Source: Octopus sinensis (taxonomy: Eukaryota). From it: a stretch of 64,000 nt of DNA. Of the stretch, positions 1 to 13,380 are shown piece after piece (the stretch's first letter is position 1; each line of letters starts with the position of its first letter). The stretch lies in contig NC_043014.1 in the NCBI RefSeq assembly GCF_006345805.1, forward strand, positions 38,378,001-38,442,000, in the 5' to 3' direction. The translations under genes were made by a program, and so were the position numbers. The notes beneath the pieces were generated by a model. That model was given only the letters and a program-made list of their open reading frames with translations, was not told the origin of the DNA and made no database searches.

Positions 1-1240
1 ACAGGTACAACTCGTTTTTGCCAGGTGAGTGGGCTGGAGTAACGTGAAACAAAGTGTCTTGTTCAAGGACGCACTGCGTCGCAGGGAATTGAATTCACGA
101 GTAGCCTTCTGGTATAAATAACTTTCAAAAAAAAATTAATGATGATAGCACGTAGCCAGCTCATAATATAGCAAGGATAGTTGAAATAATCTGCATGCCT
201 GAACGCGAGTTGAAAAAAATGAATGAGCTAAGGTATACGAGAAGTATGATGTTTCAACTAGTAGTCTTATTTTGCTGGTGTCAACCAGTAGATTGGCCAT
301 GTTAGGGCACTGCTTTCAAAAAATTTTTTTTTATTAATTATATCTATTTCTTTACTACCCACATGGGGCTAAACACAGAGGGGACAAACAAGGACAGACA
401 AAGGGATTAAGTCGACTACATCGACCCCAGTGTGTAACTGGTACTTAATTTATCGACCCCGAAAGGATGAAAGGCAAAGTCGACCTCGACAGAATTTGAA
501 CTCAGAATGTACCGCTTGACGAAATACGGCTACGCATTTCGCCCGGCGTGCTAACGTTTCTGCCAGCACATCAATTGCAGTCTCGTACTTATTTTATGAC
601 TTCTCCCCAAGGAATGACGGAGTTCAACGAGTTATAACCGTTAGTTAGAGTTACCTCCCTTGTTAGTATTGGCGAGAAATATCGGTCTATATTCAAACAT
701 CTGAACACAAACATGCATCTGCCCAGGGCTTTCATTGGTCACAGCAGTACATGTACCTTCACTGGGGAAAGTTTCACTGCTAGGTGCAGGCCCTGACAGT
801 TGTCTATGCAACAAATCTCACCTTCTCCAAGTTGCAGATGCCCAAGAGAAGGGTTAAGGATCAATATAACTTGCCTGAATTCAAAATATAAAAACCACGA
901 CCACCACCACAAGACACTTGTCCAAAGTGCAGTACAGTGGGACTAAACCCAGAACTACGCGGCTGTTGGCAATCTTCTTGACCACATAGTTCTGTCTGTG
1001 TCCATAGGTATTAACTCTGAATGGGTGATTAATGTTTGATGAAAAGTGCCATGTACCAGAGGTGAAAGATGCCAATTTATCTTTTACTCTTTTACTTGTT
1101 TCAGTCACTTATTCTTTGTAAGCGTAGTACTTATTCTGTTGGTTTCTTTTGCTGAGCAGCTAAGTTCCAGGGATGTAAACACACCAGCATCAGTTGTCAA
1201 GCGATGTTGGGAGGGGGGATAAACACAGACACACAAACAT

Positions 1241-1283
<43 letters not shown>

Positions 1284-1786
1284 TACGACGGGCTTCTTTC
1301 AGTTTCCATCTACCAAATCTATTCACAAGGCTTTGGCCAGCCTGAGGCTATAGTAGAAGACACTTGCCCAAGGTGTCACGCAGTGGGACTGAACCCGGAA
1401 CCATGTGTTTCGTAAGCAAGCTACTTACCACACAGCCACTCCTACGCCTGTCCCCAACTATTTTTTCAAATGTATTTATGCTCAAACCTAAACTGTTCAG
1501 AGCAAAGCTTAAATGTTCCCTGCTCAATTTAAAAACAAACTAATAAAAAATAAAATAAAAACTGACCTGCAAGAAATAACAGCTAAATCTGTCCCTAGTC
1601 ACATCCAAATGTTTGAAACGAAAACTACATTTGACCAAAGGATGCACAGAAAGCTAGGAGGGTCACAGTTGGACTGCTTTTGACCATAGTGTCAACATGA
1701 CCAGAGATGATCAGAGGCTAAACAACTAAGTATTGTAGAATTTGCATAGATTGCAGGCATATTTGAGAATATTTAGTAATACTTAC

Positions 1787-1939
1787 CTTCCCACAGTGGA
1801 CTGAGACCTTCAGGTGTTGTTAAATTTGGATCTGCTCCACAATGCAACAATGCAGAAACACACTGATAATGTCCTTTACGTGCAGCTAGAAGGAGAGGAG
1901 TTTCACCAGCAAAGCTTTGTACATTAACATCCACTTTTC
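1787..1939 (-). CDS. ASB3: ASB3 coding exon 3 (gene continues beyond the left edge)
   Basis: Acceptor tttcaatttag|, donor GAAG|gtaagt, 153 nt, phase 1/1. Encodes GKVDVNVQSFAGETPLLLAARKGHYQCVSALLHCGADPNLTTPEGLSPLWE (ankyrin repeat). Confidence 0.9.
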
Positions 1940-2069
1940 CTAAATTGAAAGAGAAATAAAAAAAGATTTAAATATATATAAACACAACACACAGCTCTGT
2001 TTTGGAATTGAAACAACAATCTTGTGATCATGAGTGCAATTTCCTAACCACTCAGCCATGCAACTTATA

Positions 2070-2370
2070 TCATCATCATCGTTTAGCGTCCGCTTTCCAT
2101 GCTAGCATGGGTTGGACGGTTCAACTGGGGTCTGGGAAGCCAGAAGGCTGCACCAGGCTCAGTCTGATCTGGCAATGTTTCTACGGCTGGATGCCCTTCC
2201 TAACGCCAACCACTCCGTGAGTGTAGTGCGTGCTTTTTACGTGCCAGACAAGACTGGCAAACGGCCACGATTGGATGGTGCTTTTTACGTGCCACCGGCA
2301 CGGAGGCCAGGCGAGGCTGGCAACGGCCACGAACGGATGGTGCTTTTTACGTGCCACCGGCACTGGTATC
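2070..2370 (-). mobile_element. RTE-like LINE 3'UTR fragment (also about 6840-7190 and 8212-8495)
   Basis: Same catcatcgtttaacgtcc...ggatgcccttcctaacgccaac sequence as the 3' end of the 14915 element. Confidence 0.75.
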
Positions 2371-2989
2371 ACAATATGTTAAAAATGGAGAAGAGAAGAT
2401 GTTACAATTTAAGAGAATTCTCTTAAATTTTAACATCTCTTCTCTATTTTTAATAAATTTTTTGAGTTTTATGGGATTTCTTTCCATAAATTCACATAAC
2501 ACACCATATACAAGTATTGTTTTCATATTCGCAAACTTACGCCAGTAAGCTACCAGCAAAATATGAAGAATCTATATTAGAAATCTTTTTTAGAATCCTC
2601 CAAATTAAAGGACAAAATATAATTCAACCTTTTTACTGACACACTCATGCAAGCACGCACGCATACACACACGTGGAAGCGCAATGGCCCAGTGGTTAGG
2701 GCAGTGGACTCACGGTTGTAGGATCGCAGTTTCGATTCCCAGACCAATCACTGCTGTACTCTTTTGCCACAATTTTCTCTCTCTTTCTTCTGTTGGCCTG
2801 CTCGCTTAGCCAGCAGGGTGGCGTCATTTGAAGGCTAAAACAATGCGAAGCACATTGTGACCAGTGATGTGTAGCAACATCTGATAGCCTGATCGGTCAC
2901 GGTGATCACAGTGATATATATACTGCGTGTGTACCGTTGGTGATTTTTTTTCCTCTGTCTTCTCTTTTCTGGATCTTTCCTTCTCCTAT

Positions 2990-3024
2990 GTTTCCGACGA
3001 AGAGCTCTGCTCGAAACGTTAAAC
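2990..3024 (+). ncRNA. Minimal hammerhead-like motif in a ~210-bp (TA)n-tailed element (about 2925-3135)
   Basis: GTTT-CCGACGA-A-GAGC(tct)GCTC-GAAA-CG-T-T-AAAC. Mutated second copy at 12721-12755; related truncated motif at 23066-23094(-). Confidence 0.55.
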
Positions 3025-5133
3025 CCTCCTTCTTTCCTGAGCGTCCAATAATACTATATTTGTTCCACATCCTCGCGTTGTTGTGTTTTTTTGTGCTTTC
3101 TTGTTTGGATTAACTTTATATATATATATATATATATCTGTACGATTCAAAAATGCAATTTTCCCAAATAAAGTGCACTTCATATTCAAGGGTCTGATGA
3201 AGCTATAGGATGTTATCTGAGTACTCAAGTGTCCATCACATCTTATAAGCAGAAACAGTTGTAAGCTAATGAAGTTCATTGCATAACCTTTGTTTATTTT
3301 CCAGTGTGGGTGGGTGGGCAGGCAGGCAGGTGGGTAGATAGGTAGATATACAGAATGCAATGAAAATTTGAAGAAACATATACATACTGTATTTGATGGC
3401 ATATAAAATGAATTTTAAAAAATAGTTTAAAAAAAAGAATCAATCTATGTACTATATACAAAATTAGGTCCTCCACAAGCTAATTTTGTCCCCGACACTC
3501 TACTGCAGGCTAATTTCAATCCAGATAGTCTCTCCTACTTGTCAAGATGCCATAGTAATAATATTTACATAAACATTATTATTATTATTTTTACTGTAAA
3601 AGAAATTATCTTTTAGCTTTTACTTGTTTCCCTCAGACTGCAGCCATGTTGGGCACTGCTTTGAAGAATTCTAATCAAATTAATTGATCCCCTCCTTTGC
3701 CAAACTTCTAAGTTATGGGGATGTAAACACACCAACACTGGTTGTCCAGTAGTGGTGGAATACAAACACAGATACACATATATTCTTTTACTTGTTTCAG
3801 TCATTTGACTGTGGCCATGCTGGAGCACTGCTTTGAAGGGTTTTTAGTCGAACGAAATCGACCCAGGAACTTATTTCTTTTAAAGCCTAGTACTTATTCT
3901 ATCGTTCCCTTTTGCCGAACCACTAGGTTATGGGAATGTAAACACACCAACACCAGTAGTCAAGCTCTGATAGGGGAACAAACACAGACACAAAGATACA
4001 CATAAATATATACGATGGGCTTCTTTCAGTTTCCGTCAACCAAATCCACTCACAAGGCTTTGGTTGGCCCATGGCTATAGTAGAAGACACTTGCCCAAAG
4101 TGCCATGCAGTGGGACTGAACCTAGAACCACGTGGTTGAGAAGCAAGCTTCTTACCATACAACTGTTGTTTATACCTATTTCTTTATTACCCACAAGGGG
4201 CTAAACACAGAGGGGACAAACAAGGACAGACATAGGTATTAAGTCGATTACATCAACCCCAGTGCGAAACTGGTACTTAATTTATCGACCCCGAAAGGAT
4301 GAAAGGCAAAGTCGACCTCGGTGGAATTTGAACTCAGAACGTGGCGGCAGACGAAATATCGTTAAAGCATTTCACCTGACGTGCTAACGATTCTGCCAGC
4401 TCGCTGCCTGTTATTTATACCAGAAGGCTACTCGTGAGTTCAATTTCCGGCGACGCAGTGCGTCCTTGAGCAAAACAATTTGTTTCACGTTACTCCAGCT
4501 CACTCAGCTGGCAAAGACGAGTAGTACCTGTAATGCCTGCACTTATTATGTACTTTTTGTATACAGTAAGGTACTTTTGAAATGTTTCACAATGTGCTGC
4601 TAGACTGTTTTAAATATTGTATGCTTTAAGGCACCAAAAACATTCTGTCCAGAATATGCAGTGCTGAAACTGGGATTGCATCCAATATGCTTGAGTCTCT
4701 TTTATGCCAACAAATACAGTTTCTATAAACCTTTTCAATCCAAAGAAATTCTTTTGTTATTTTTTACTTGTTTCAGTCATTTGACTGCAGCCATGCTGGA
4801 GCACCGCCTTTAGTCGAACAAATCGGTCCCAGGACTTATTCTTTGTAAGCCTAGTACTTATTCTATCGGTCTTTTTTGCCAAATTGCTAAGTTACGGAGA
4901 TGTGGGTTAAGCAAAAACACACAAATACATATAGTTTGTCATTTGACTGTGGCCATGCTGGAGCACCGCCTTTAGTCGAACAAATCGACCCCAGGACTTA
5001 TTCTTTGTAAGCCTAGTACTTATTCTATCGGTTTCTTTTGCCAAAATGCTAAGTTATGGGGACATAAACACACCACCATCAGTTGTCAAGCGATGTTGCG
5101 GGGACAAACACAGACACATAAACATATACACAC

Positions 5134-5164
<31 letters not shown>

Positions 5165-6158
5165 TATATATACATATATACGACAGGCTTCTTTCAGTTT
5201 TCGTCTACCAAATCCATTCATAAGGCTTTGGTTGGCCCGAGGCTATAGTAGAAGACACTTGCCCAAGGTGTCACGCAGTGGGAATGAACCCAGAACCATG
5301 TGGTTGGTAAGCAAACTACATACAAACCTGCTCTGCTTTGGTCCTTTTTTTCTTATAGTTTACCCACTTCTAGTCCTCATCTTCGACAATATAAAGTTAC
5401 TCTTCTTGGAGTTCGTAGTCTTGAAAGCTGCACAGCATCCTCAATAATGCTGGTGGCATGAAAAAAAGCACCCAGAACATACTGTACAGAGGTTGGCATT
5501 TGGAAGGGCATCCAACCACAGAAACCATGCCTAAGCAGACACTGGAGCACAATGCAGTCCTTGGGCCCATCAGATCCTGTCAAAACGTCCATAGCACAGA
5601 ACGCAGCTGTTAAATGATGAAAATGACCATGATGATTATCCCCAGGCCAATACTGATTGTCCTATAAATCAAAGGCCATGACCATCCTGTTTTTGTTTAC
5701 CTATGACTATATTTCCCAATGTGTGTGTCTTTTTTAAAGATGGTAGCATAGTGGACATCATTTTAATGTCCACTTTTCCATTCTTGCATGGATTGGTTTC
5801 TCAAATAATGTGCCATGCTGCACTGGTTTGTCACAGGGAATGGCTAGGTGTAAAGTTTTAAAAATATAATGCAAGGCTTTAGAAAATCCATATTAAGGCT
5901 TGAGTGTCTTCAAAAATATGTTTTTCATAATTATTGTTATACATAAGCAGGATTAATAAAGCAAAATAAACAATAGTTTTCTATAGTGCATAGTGCAAGC
6001 ATGGCTGTGTGGTAAGAAGCTTGTTTTTTCAACTACATGGTTCCAGGTTCAGTCCCACTGTGTAACACCTTGGGTAAGTATCATCTTCTATATCCTTGGG
6101 CTGACCAAAGCCTTGTGAGTGGATTAGGTAGACAGAAACTGAAAGCTCATCGCGTATG

Positions 6159-6203
<45 letters not shown>

Positions 6204-8833
6204 ATATATAATTATGTAAGTATATATTTATGTGTGTATGTGTCTGTGTTTTTCCCCCAACCATTGCTTGACAACTGATATTGGTATGTTTATGTCCCTG
6301 TAACTTAGTGGTTCAGCAAAAGAGACTAATAGAATAGGTACAAAGCTTACAAAGAATAACTCCTGGGGTCCATTTCTCCAACTAAAAACCCTTTAAGGCA
6401 GTGCTCCAGTCAAATGACTGAAACAAGTAATAGAATAGCAGAATAATAGTTTTCTATATATTTTTCTAATTCTTAACTCGTGTACGGGAACTGTGTCAGT
6501 GACCCAGTCACAGTTAATATGAGAAAAATGTTGCTACCTCCATCCTCCCATTCTTTCCAAGCCTGTCTCTTTGCTTTTATGGCTTCGTCTACCTCCCTTG
6601 GTCTAGTTGGAACTTTGAGCCAGTCACAAATTTAGTCCATTACCCTCAGTAGGTTGCTTCAAAAGAACTTGTTCCCCTCTATTTTATAAGTCTATCTTGT
6701 TAACTGCTTCAATTCATTTCGCTCTCTCTCTCTCACATGTGTTTATGTGTCCTTGTGCACATTTGAACTTCTCTGAAAATCTCTGTGTCACAACACTGGT
6801 GGCATCATTTTATTTACCAACAAATTATCTGCTGGGTTTCATCATCATCATCGTTTAACGTCCACTTTCCATGCTAGCATGGGTTGGACGATCTGACTGA
6901 GGTCTGGCGAACCAGACTCCAATCTGATCTGGCAGAGTTTCTACAGCTAGATGCCCTTCCTAACACCAACCATTCCGAGAGTGTAGTGGGTGCTTTTATG
7001 TTCCACTGGCATGTGGGCCAGTTAGGTGGTACTGGCAACGGCCATGTTCAAATGGTGCTTTTTATGTGCCACCTGCAGAGGAGCCAGTCCAGCGGCACTG
7101 GCAACAACCTTGCTTGAATGTTTTTTCATGTGCCCCCAGCACAAGTGCTAGTAAGGCGTCGCAGGTAACGATCACACTCAAGTAAGGCGATGCAGGTGTC
7201 TCCAAAAAGACATGGAATAAAAGATCCCTTTCATGGAAAACAGGTATGGGTTAGTGACAGGAAGAGCATTCAGCTGTAAAGCAGCGCCTCAAAAATATAT
7301 TTGGCTAACCCATACTAGCATGTAAAAATGGGCATAAAAATGAGCCAACAAAGTTTTCAGTTGACCAAATTCCACAAAAATCATCTTGATCAACTCAAAG
7401 AATGGTAGAAAATATTTGTCAAAGGTGCTGTGCAGTGAAATCAAACCTGGAGCCATGCTGTTGCAAAATGACCTTCTTAAAAAATAGATGGGATAATCAC
7501 AACTGGAATGCCTTTGATCATAAGCTTGCTCAATCAGGATTGCTTTGGGTCTGTCTAACAACTATATAAAACAGTGGTTCACAAATGTGACATAATTACC
7601 CCAATCAGGATGGAAACTGCATTTGGTTGGGGTTATATGAAAGGCGCAGAGAGGGGAGTCCATAGTTTCATGCTCTCCCACTTCACTAAAAGGAGTGGTT
7701 CCTCCTAAATGATTAAAAAGAATTGTGCTCTTTACAGACTATGCCAGAAATACAGGGAAAATGCAAAGCTATAAGTAGAGGTCTGTAGTTGATGGTAAAT
7801 CATCCATCCATCTTCTCTGTTGGCTGTTCTTGGGAGGGTTGTAGAGATAGAGACCTCAGGCACCTCCTCCACAGATTACTATCAGAAGCAGCTGTCATGA
7901 GACTCTCCAGCTGGATTCCCAAGTGTGACCAACTAAGACTGGCTATTATCCAACCACATCTTGTTCTTGGCCTTCCTCTAGGTCCCCTGCTGTTTTACTT
8001 GACTTGAAAATCTGCCTTGTGATTCTTTCCTGCAATGTTCTAATCACACATAGTATAGGAGCTGTGATCTCTCAATGTACTTATAGTGATCCATTAAAAA
8101 CAAAATAAAATTTGTTCTGAAAATGAGTGTTTTTATGTACTGTGAAAGGTCAGCTCAGCTCAGGTTAGATTATTTTGAATTAGTTTAGTTTAGACTGCAT
8201 ACAGTTTTCACATCATCATTTAACATCTGTTTTCCATGCTAGCATGGGTTGGACGGTTCGACCGGGGTCTGGGAAGCCAGGAGGTTGCACAAGGCTCCAG
8301 TCTGATCTGGCAGTGTTTCTACATCTGGATGCCTTTCCTAACGCCAACCACTCCAAGAGTGTAGTGGGTGCTTTTTATGTGCCACTGGCACAGGGGCTGA
8401 GGAGGCTGGCAAAGGCCACAATCGGTTGGTGCTTTTTACGTGTCACCAGCATGGAAGCTACTCAAGGTGGCACTGGCATCGGCCACGTTTGGATGGTGCT
8501 GAATAAGGGCCCGTATTTCCCCACCTGCCACAGTAGCTGATCCGTACAAAGCCAGACTTTTACTCCTGAAGGGGTTTTTTCAAAGCTTAGAGATAAGGCT
8601 GGTTATGTCAAAGACTAAAGTACACACATCCAACATTTGGAGTTGACAAAACAACTTTGTCCATTTCAATGAAAACTAAAACTATAACAGCACTGTACTG
8701 TACATGCTGCATTGTAATAGAATTGTGCATTAGTGTTATGCATATCTTAAAATTTTACAAAGGGTGATTTGGACGCCAACCATTGACTTGAAGGTTTTTC
8801 TGTCAACTTGAGATCGATAAGTTAGTGACTCAC

Positions 8834-8932
8834 CTCTGTGTAACAAAACTTGCAAGCAACCAGTATTATTCCAAAATGCCGCTTCATGTAATGGTTCCCA
8901 GCCCCTGTTGTCTCGGACATCAACCGGCCTCC
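8834..8932 (-). CDS. ASB3: ASB3 coding exon 2
   Basis: Acceptor ttaaccag|, donor AGAG|gtgagt, 99 nt, phase 1/1. Encodes GRPVDVRDNRGWEPLHEAAFWNNTGCLQVLLHR (ankyrin repeat; cf. human GRSVDVADNRGWMPIHEAA). Confidence 0.93.
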
Positions 8933-9122
8933 CTGGTTAAGAGAACGAGAAAGTCCATAACAAGCAACTTGACAGGGAAAATAAAAAGAATATTAGTCAT
9001 GGCTATCATACGAGAATTTTAAGAAAATCCTCATACAATCTCCAGTTTCTTGCTAATTCAATGAATTTGAAGCTTTATACCAAAGTTTAAAAATATCAAT
9101 TAAAAACGTCTCAAAAAGTAGG

Positions 9123-10040
9123 GGTGGGGCAAAATGAGTAACTTCTGATTTCTTGTTATTTTTTTTTTGTCTGTTTGAAATTATGACATTGCAATTACTG
9201 CATCGTCATTTTGTATTGCAACCTTATATTTAACAGAAACAATTAGTCAGCATAGTTGTTGATGAAGCTGTGGGAGCCCAAAACATAGTCAGGTGGCAGG
9301 TCCTGTTTTTTCAAGAAATTTTTCCTCAAATTTTGACCCAATTGTAATTGAGGTTGCTAATAAAATAGCTGGAGAATTATTGGTGTTTAACAATCAATAT
9401 TCTTTTCTCTGTTGGATTACAAGTCAATTTTTTAACCCATACTAATGTCTAATTTGAATATTTTCAAGTTACAAAAAATTGTGGTATAAAATGGGGTAAA
9501 ATGAGTATTTACTAATTTCAATAATTTTTTCTCTTTAACTGCATGGTGTGCGAATATGTCACGAAGAGGACACTCCAGTATATCATGAAGAAGCTATAGA
9601 GAATATTCTATGTTAAGTTACTGTTTTTCTTAGTCAAGTTTCGTTAATTTGATATCATGTACCATTTTTACCGTTATCCTCTTTCATTTGATCTAGATAT
9701 TTATTTTATTTATTTTTTCTTTTTGCATTTATGATTTTTCTGATGTCCAAGGATGGATATTGATGTGTATGAGTCTGTTTTCTGGAGAAGTGAAGCGGCA
9801 AATTTACATAATCTTGTCTTACTCATTTTGCCCCGGTCAAATTTGTCCTTTACACGCTCAAAAGGGAATGGCGATAATTTTCTGAAATGGTGACCAGATT
9901 ATGTTATAATGCTTTTAATGCATTTAGGGAAGGCCATTTGCTTAGCTGATATAGCTTTCGTAAGGTAGTGAATATTTGTAAAAAAATATACTTTGTTTCA
10001 AAGAAAGAAATACAGTAAAAACACCTCATTTTGCCCCACC
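9123..10040. mobile_element. Non-autonomous TIR element in ASB3 intron 1
   Basis: 16-bp inverted termini GGTGGGGCAAAATGAG / CTCATTTTGCCCCACC with TA flanks, and internal copies of the motif near 9492 and 9820. Confidence 0.55.
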
Positions 10041-10641
10041 TATATCTAAACGTATTAAGCAAACATTTAAATATAAGTAACATACGATACAAAGGGGTAA
10101 AAAAAACAACACTACAAAAATGAATTTTCTTTCCACTGAGAACAGTTTTACAAAAAATCTAAGCTATAATTATGAATAACAAATAAACACTAAATAACTT
10201 TAACTCAATTAGATTCATAAGCTAATTGTCCACAGGATTAAAATGAAAACCCGCTTGTTTAAAAATTAAAAATTCGCTTTTTTTTTCCACACACACACTC
10301 ACAAACAATGAAGTGATATTTCAGCTTATAAGTAAAAAATCAAAAACAGGTACATATATAGTTTATTTGTATTGAGCAAGTATTAAAATTTCTTGTTTGT
10401 TTATTCAAAAGATGACGTTCTTGCTTCTGGACGCATCTTGCTATAAGAAAAATTTAAAAGATTAATTGGACAGAGATAGGGAATACCGAGGGACACCTGC
10501 TGCATCAGGAACTAAGAATAAAGTGGACACAAAGACACTTAATTAATTGTAAGCCAATAAATGGTTTTAAAGTTAAACTATAATTAAAATTAAATAAAAA
10601 TTGCAGACGTAATGACAAAATTTGAATGCATCTTATATTAC

Positions 10642-10738
10642 CTTGTGTAAGTAATGTCTGCAGAGCACAAACATCACCGACTCTGGCAGCTGCTCCTATT
10701 GTTGAACAAGTATCAGCGTAAGCTTCCGAGAAGTCCAT
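10642..10738 (-). CDS. ASB3: ASB3 (ankyrin repeat and SOCS box 3) coding exon 1
   Basis: Translates [32 protein letters not shown](G), matching the recalled vertebrate ASB3 N-terminus [21 protein letters not shown]. Start context caaaATGG; donor CAAG|gtaata; 97 nt, phase 1. Confidence 0.93.
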
Positions 10739-11345
10739 TTTGAACGTTTTGATAAATCGATCCTTGAAAACAATCTTAAGAAGCTTCTTTTTGTATTAGG
10801 GATGGAACAAGGTTGGGATTAAGAGAGATTATTACGGCAAAATAGAATTTTTAAAAAAAGTATCTTATTTTTATCAAGTCACCATGATGTCATATTAGAT
10901 AATTCTCTGTTTCTTTGGTACATTATACTCTTAATCGAACATTACAATTAATTTTTAATTAACGAAAAATTACAAAAAAAACCACTCAACTTGGTTAAGT
11001 TTGTTTTGCAGCAGAAATTTACGAAAAAACGCTGTTAACTGCTAACGGTGATAACCTTAGAAGTTCCTCCTGTAATATTTATTCAAGGGAACAAATTAAT
11101 GTATGAGAAATTATAATACCTGGCTTAACTGATCAGAGATAAGTAGCATCCGAGTAAAATTATTTTAACAGTTTTGTAATCTCAGAGAATATTTTAAAAT
11201 ATAAATAATTCTATCGAGTTATTTATCCAATCGTGTGTTTTTATATTATTTAAATTAATTATTTAAATTAATTAAATTTACATAATTTTTAAGCACCGAA
11301 TCTAAGGGAGAGAACTGAAATGCTGTCTTTGGTTTGTTTACAAAC
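10739..11345. promoter_or_regulatory. Putative bidirectional promoter region ASB3/SPATA24
   Basis: 607 bp free of recognisable repeats between divergent start codons, in an otherwise repeat-saturated window. Confidence 0.55.
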
Positions 11346-12062
11346 ATGGCGTCGGATTGTGGTGAAAGTTCGGCGCTGACTCTAACAAGTGTTACCACTG
11401 GTTACGAAGTGATACAGCAACAGTTTCAAGATTTATTGCAACTCAAAGACTTTTTAATTAACAAAACTACGGAATTATCCTCCAAAGCTTCTGGACAGTC
11501 GAACAGTCGCAATGAAAGTGCTACCATTATGTCAGATTTTGATAACTCGAAATCATCAACTTTTAAGGGGTCCGAAATATTGGATTCAGTGGTTTCCTGG
11601 AAACAATATGAATCAGTAGCCCAGGAATTGGAGATCGAGAAATTAAACCATTGCCGAACCAAAACACGCTGCTGTGAGCTAACTGATCATTTAGAAATAT
11701 CACAGCAGCAAATAGCCGCTCTACAGAAGCAGATACAAGACGACCGTGAAAGTTTCCGAAGAATTTTAAACTCCTTGAATAAATCTGTGAAACTTGAAAA
11801 TGAAAAGAAATGTGAATTGGAAACCCGATGTAGTCAGCTTGAAGAGCAGAATAAGAAACTGGATGAAAAATTGGCTTCTAGAATCTCGGAAGTTAAAAAG
11901 CTCAAAGGAAACTTGCTAAAACAGAAAGAATTACAGAGCCGTAATTTGATGGAACTAGAAGTGAACCGATGCCAACAAGACTACATTTCAAATTATCTTG
12001 ATCAGTGTCATCAACCACGTATCAAGAAGTGTGAGCAAAATTATGTAACGAGCAGAAAATAA
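11346..12062 (+). CDS. SPATA24: Single-exon SPATA24-like coiled-coil protein, 238 aa
   Basis: ATG in aacATGG context; uninterrupted ORF. Segment VSWKQYESVAQELEIEKLNHCRTK...ENEKKCELETRCSQLE...QQDYISNYLDQCH aligns without gaps to recalled human SPATA24 VSKEEFQAVEKKLVEEKAAHAKTK...ESSKKDQLITKCNEIE...QQESYMAQVLDQKH. Confidence 0.8.
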   Translation: MASDCGESSALTLTSVTTGYEVIQQQFQDLLQLKDFLINKTTELSSKASGQSNSRNESATIMSDFDNSKSSTFKGSEILDSVVSWKQYESVAQELEIEKLNHCRTKTRCCELTDHLEISQQQIAALQKQIQDDRESFRRILNSLNKSVKLENEKKCELETRCSQLEEQNKKLDEKLASRISEVKKLKGNLLKQKELQSRNLMELEVNRCQQDYISNYLDQCHQPRIKKCEQNYVTSRK

Positions 12063-12856
12063 GAAAAACGGCTTTACCCAAATGAACTCAACCAAGTTTG
12101 AATTTGCTGGATTGAAACTGCATAGGACGATACATTACACCCCTATGATTTGATTTACTACGTGGTTTGTAGTCATATCGAGTAAAGGGGTTTTTTTTTT
12201 GTGAGTACCACCGGATTAAATATATATATATATATAGATTCAGTATCTCATGCAGTGCAGAGCATCATTAAAACTACTAGAGAATTTACAGGTATTTAAG
12301 TTCGTGATACAACCCATAGTCCCTTCCAACTATTTGTCACTCATAAAGACATTCATCCAGTTAAATTATTCCATTGTTACCTAAGGAAGACTGTTTTCCT
12401 TAAGCACTTGTGCCAAATCTATTACCAGGTTTTCTTCTGGTTCCCTCTGAAAAATTTCTAATCACATCTCTGCTATCCTTCTATATGATTCCTATATCAG
12501 CCTGGTAACACATCTGGGTTCTAGCTACAAATGCTTAGCACCAATTTCCAAATGTACTTAAATGGCCGCAACCATCTTCGTATTCCATATATATTATGAA
12601 GTCTCTCACTTGAACGTTCATAAAACATGATCAGTTTAAGAAATAGGGGAGTATTATTGAATCTCGTGACCGCGTGTGTACCGTTGACGATTTTTTTCCC
12701 TCTGTCTTTCCTTCTCCTATGTTTCCGACGGAGAGCTCCGCTCGAAACTTTAAACCCTCCTTCTTTCCTGAGCGTCTAATAATACTATATTTGTTCCACG
12801 TCCTCGCGTTGTTGTGTTTTTTGTGCTTTCTTGTTTGGATTAACTTTATATATATG

Positions 12857-12897
<41 letters not shown>

Positions 12898-12957
12898 GTG
12901 TATATTTAAACACAAGAGAAATTACCTTTAACAGGTAATTTTACATGCTAAAAGAAG

Positions 12958-13000
<43 letters not shown>

Positions 13001-13380
13001 AGTTAATCCAAACATGAAAACACAACAATGCGAGGACATGGAACAAGTATAGTGTTTTTGGACGCTCAGGATATATATATAACAAAACAAGAAATTAGAA
13101 ATATTTTGGAATTATTTATTAACCATTACACATGTTTCATCTGTTAGTAGGAATTACAGTTTTACATGTTAGACAGACATGTAAGGGATTTCCTATTAGA
13201 AATTCTTCAGACTGAGGAATAACATACTATAATATATATTTCCATAATTCTCAATTTTAATATGTATTTTGAACTAACGTTCTAACATGCTGCAGCAACA
13301 GAGACTACATATTGGATTTTAATAACGGTATAAGTTGATGTGCATGAAGAGGAAACAGTTCTATATTTAAGAGATGAGGA

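Noticed and set aside
822-874. Possible ASB3 exon 4 (ttgaattcag|...GAAG|gtgag)
   Set aside because: In-frame TGA in the required phase and no ankyrin similarity.
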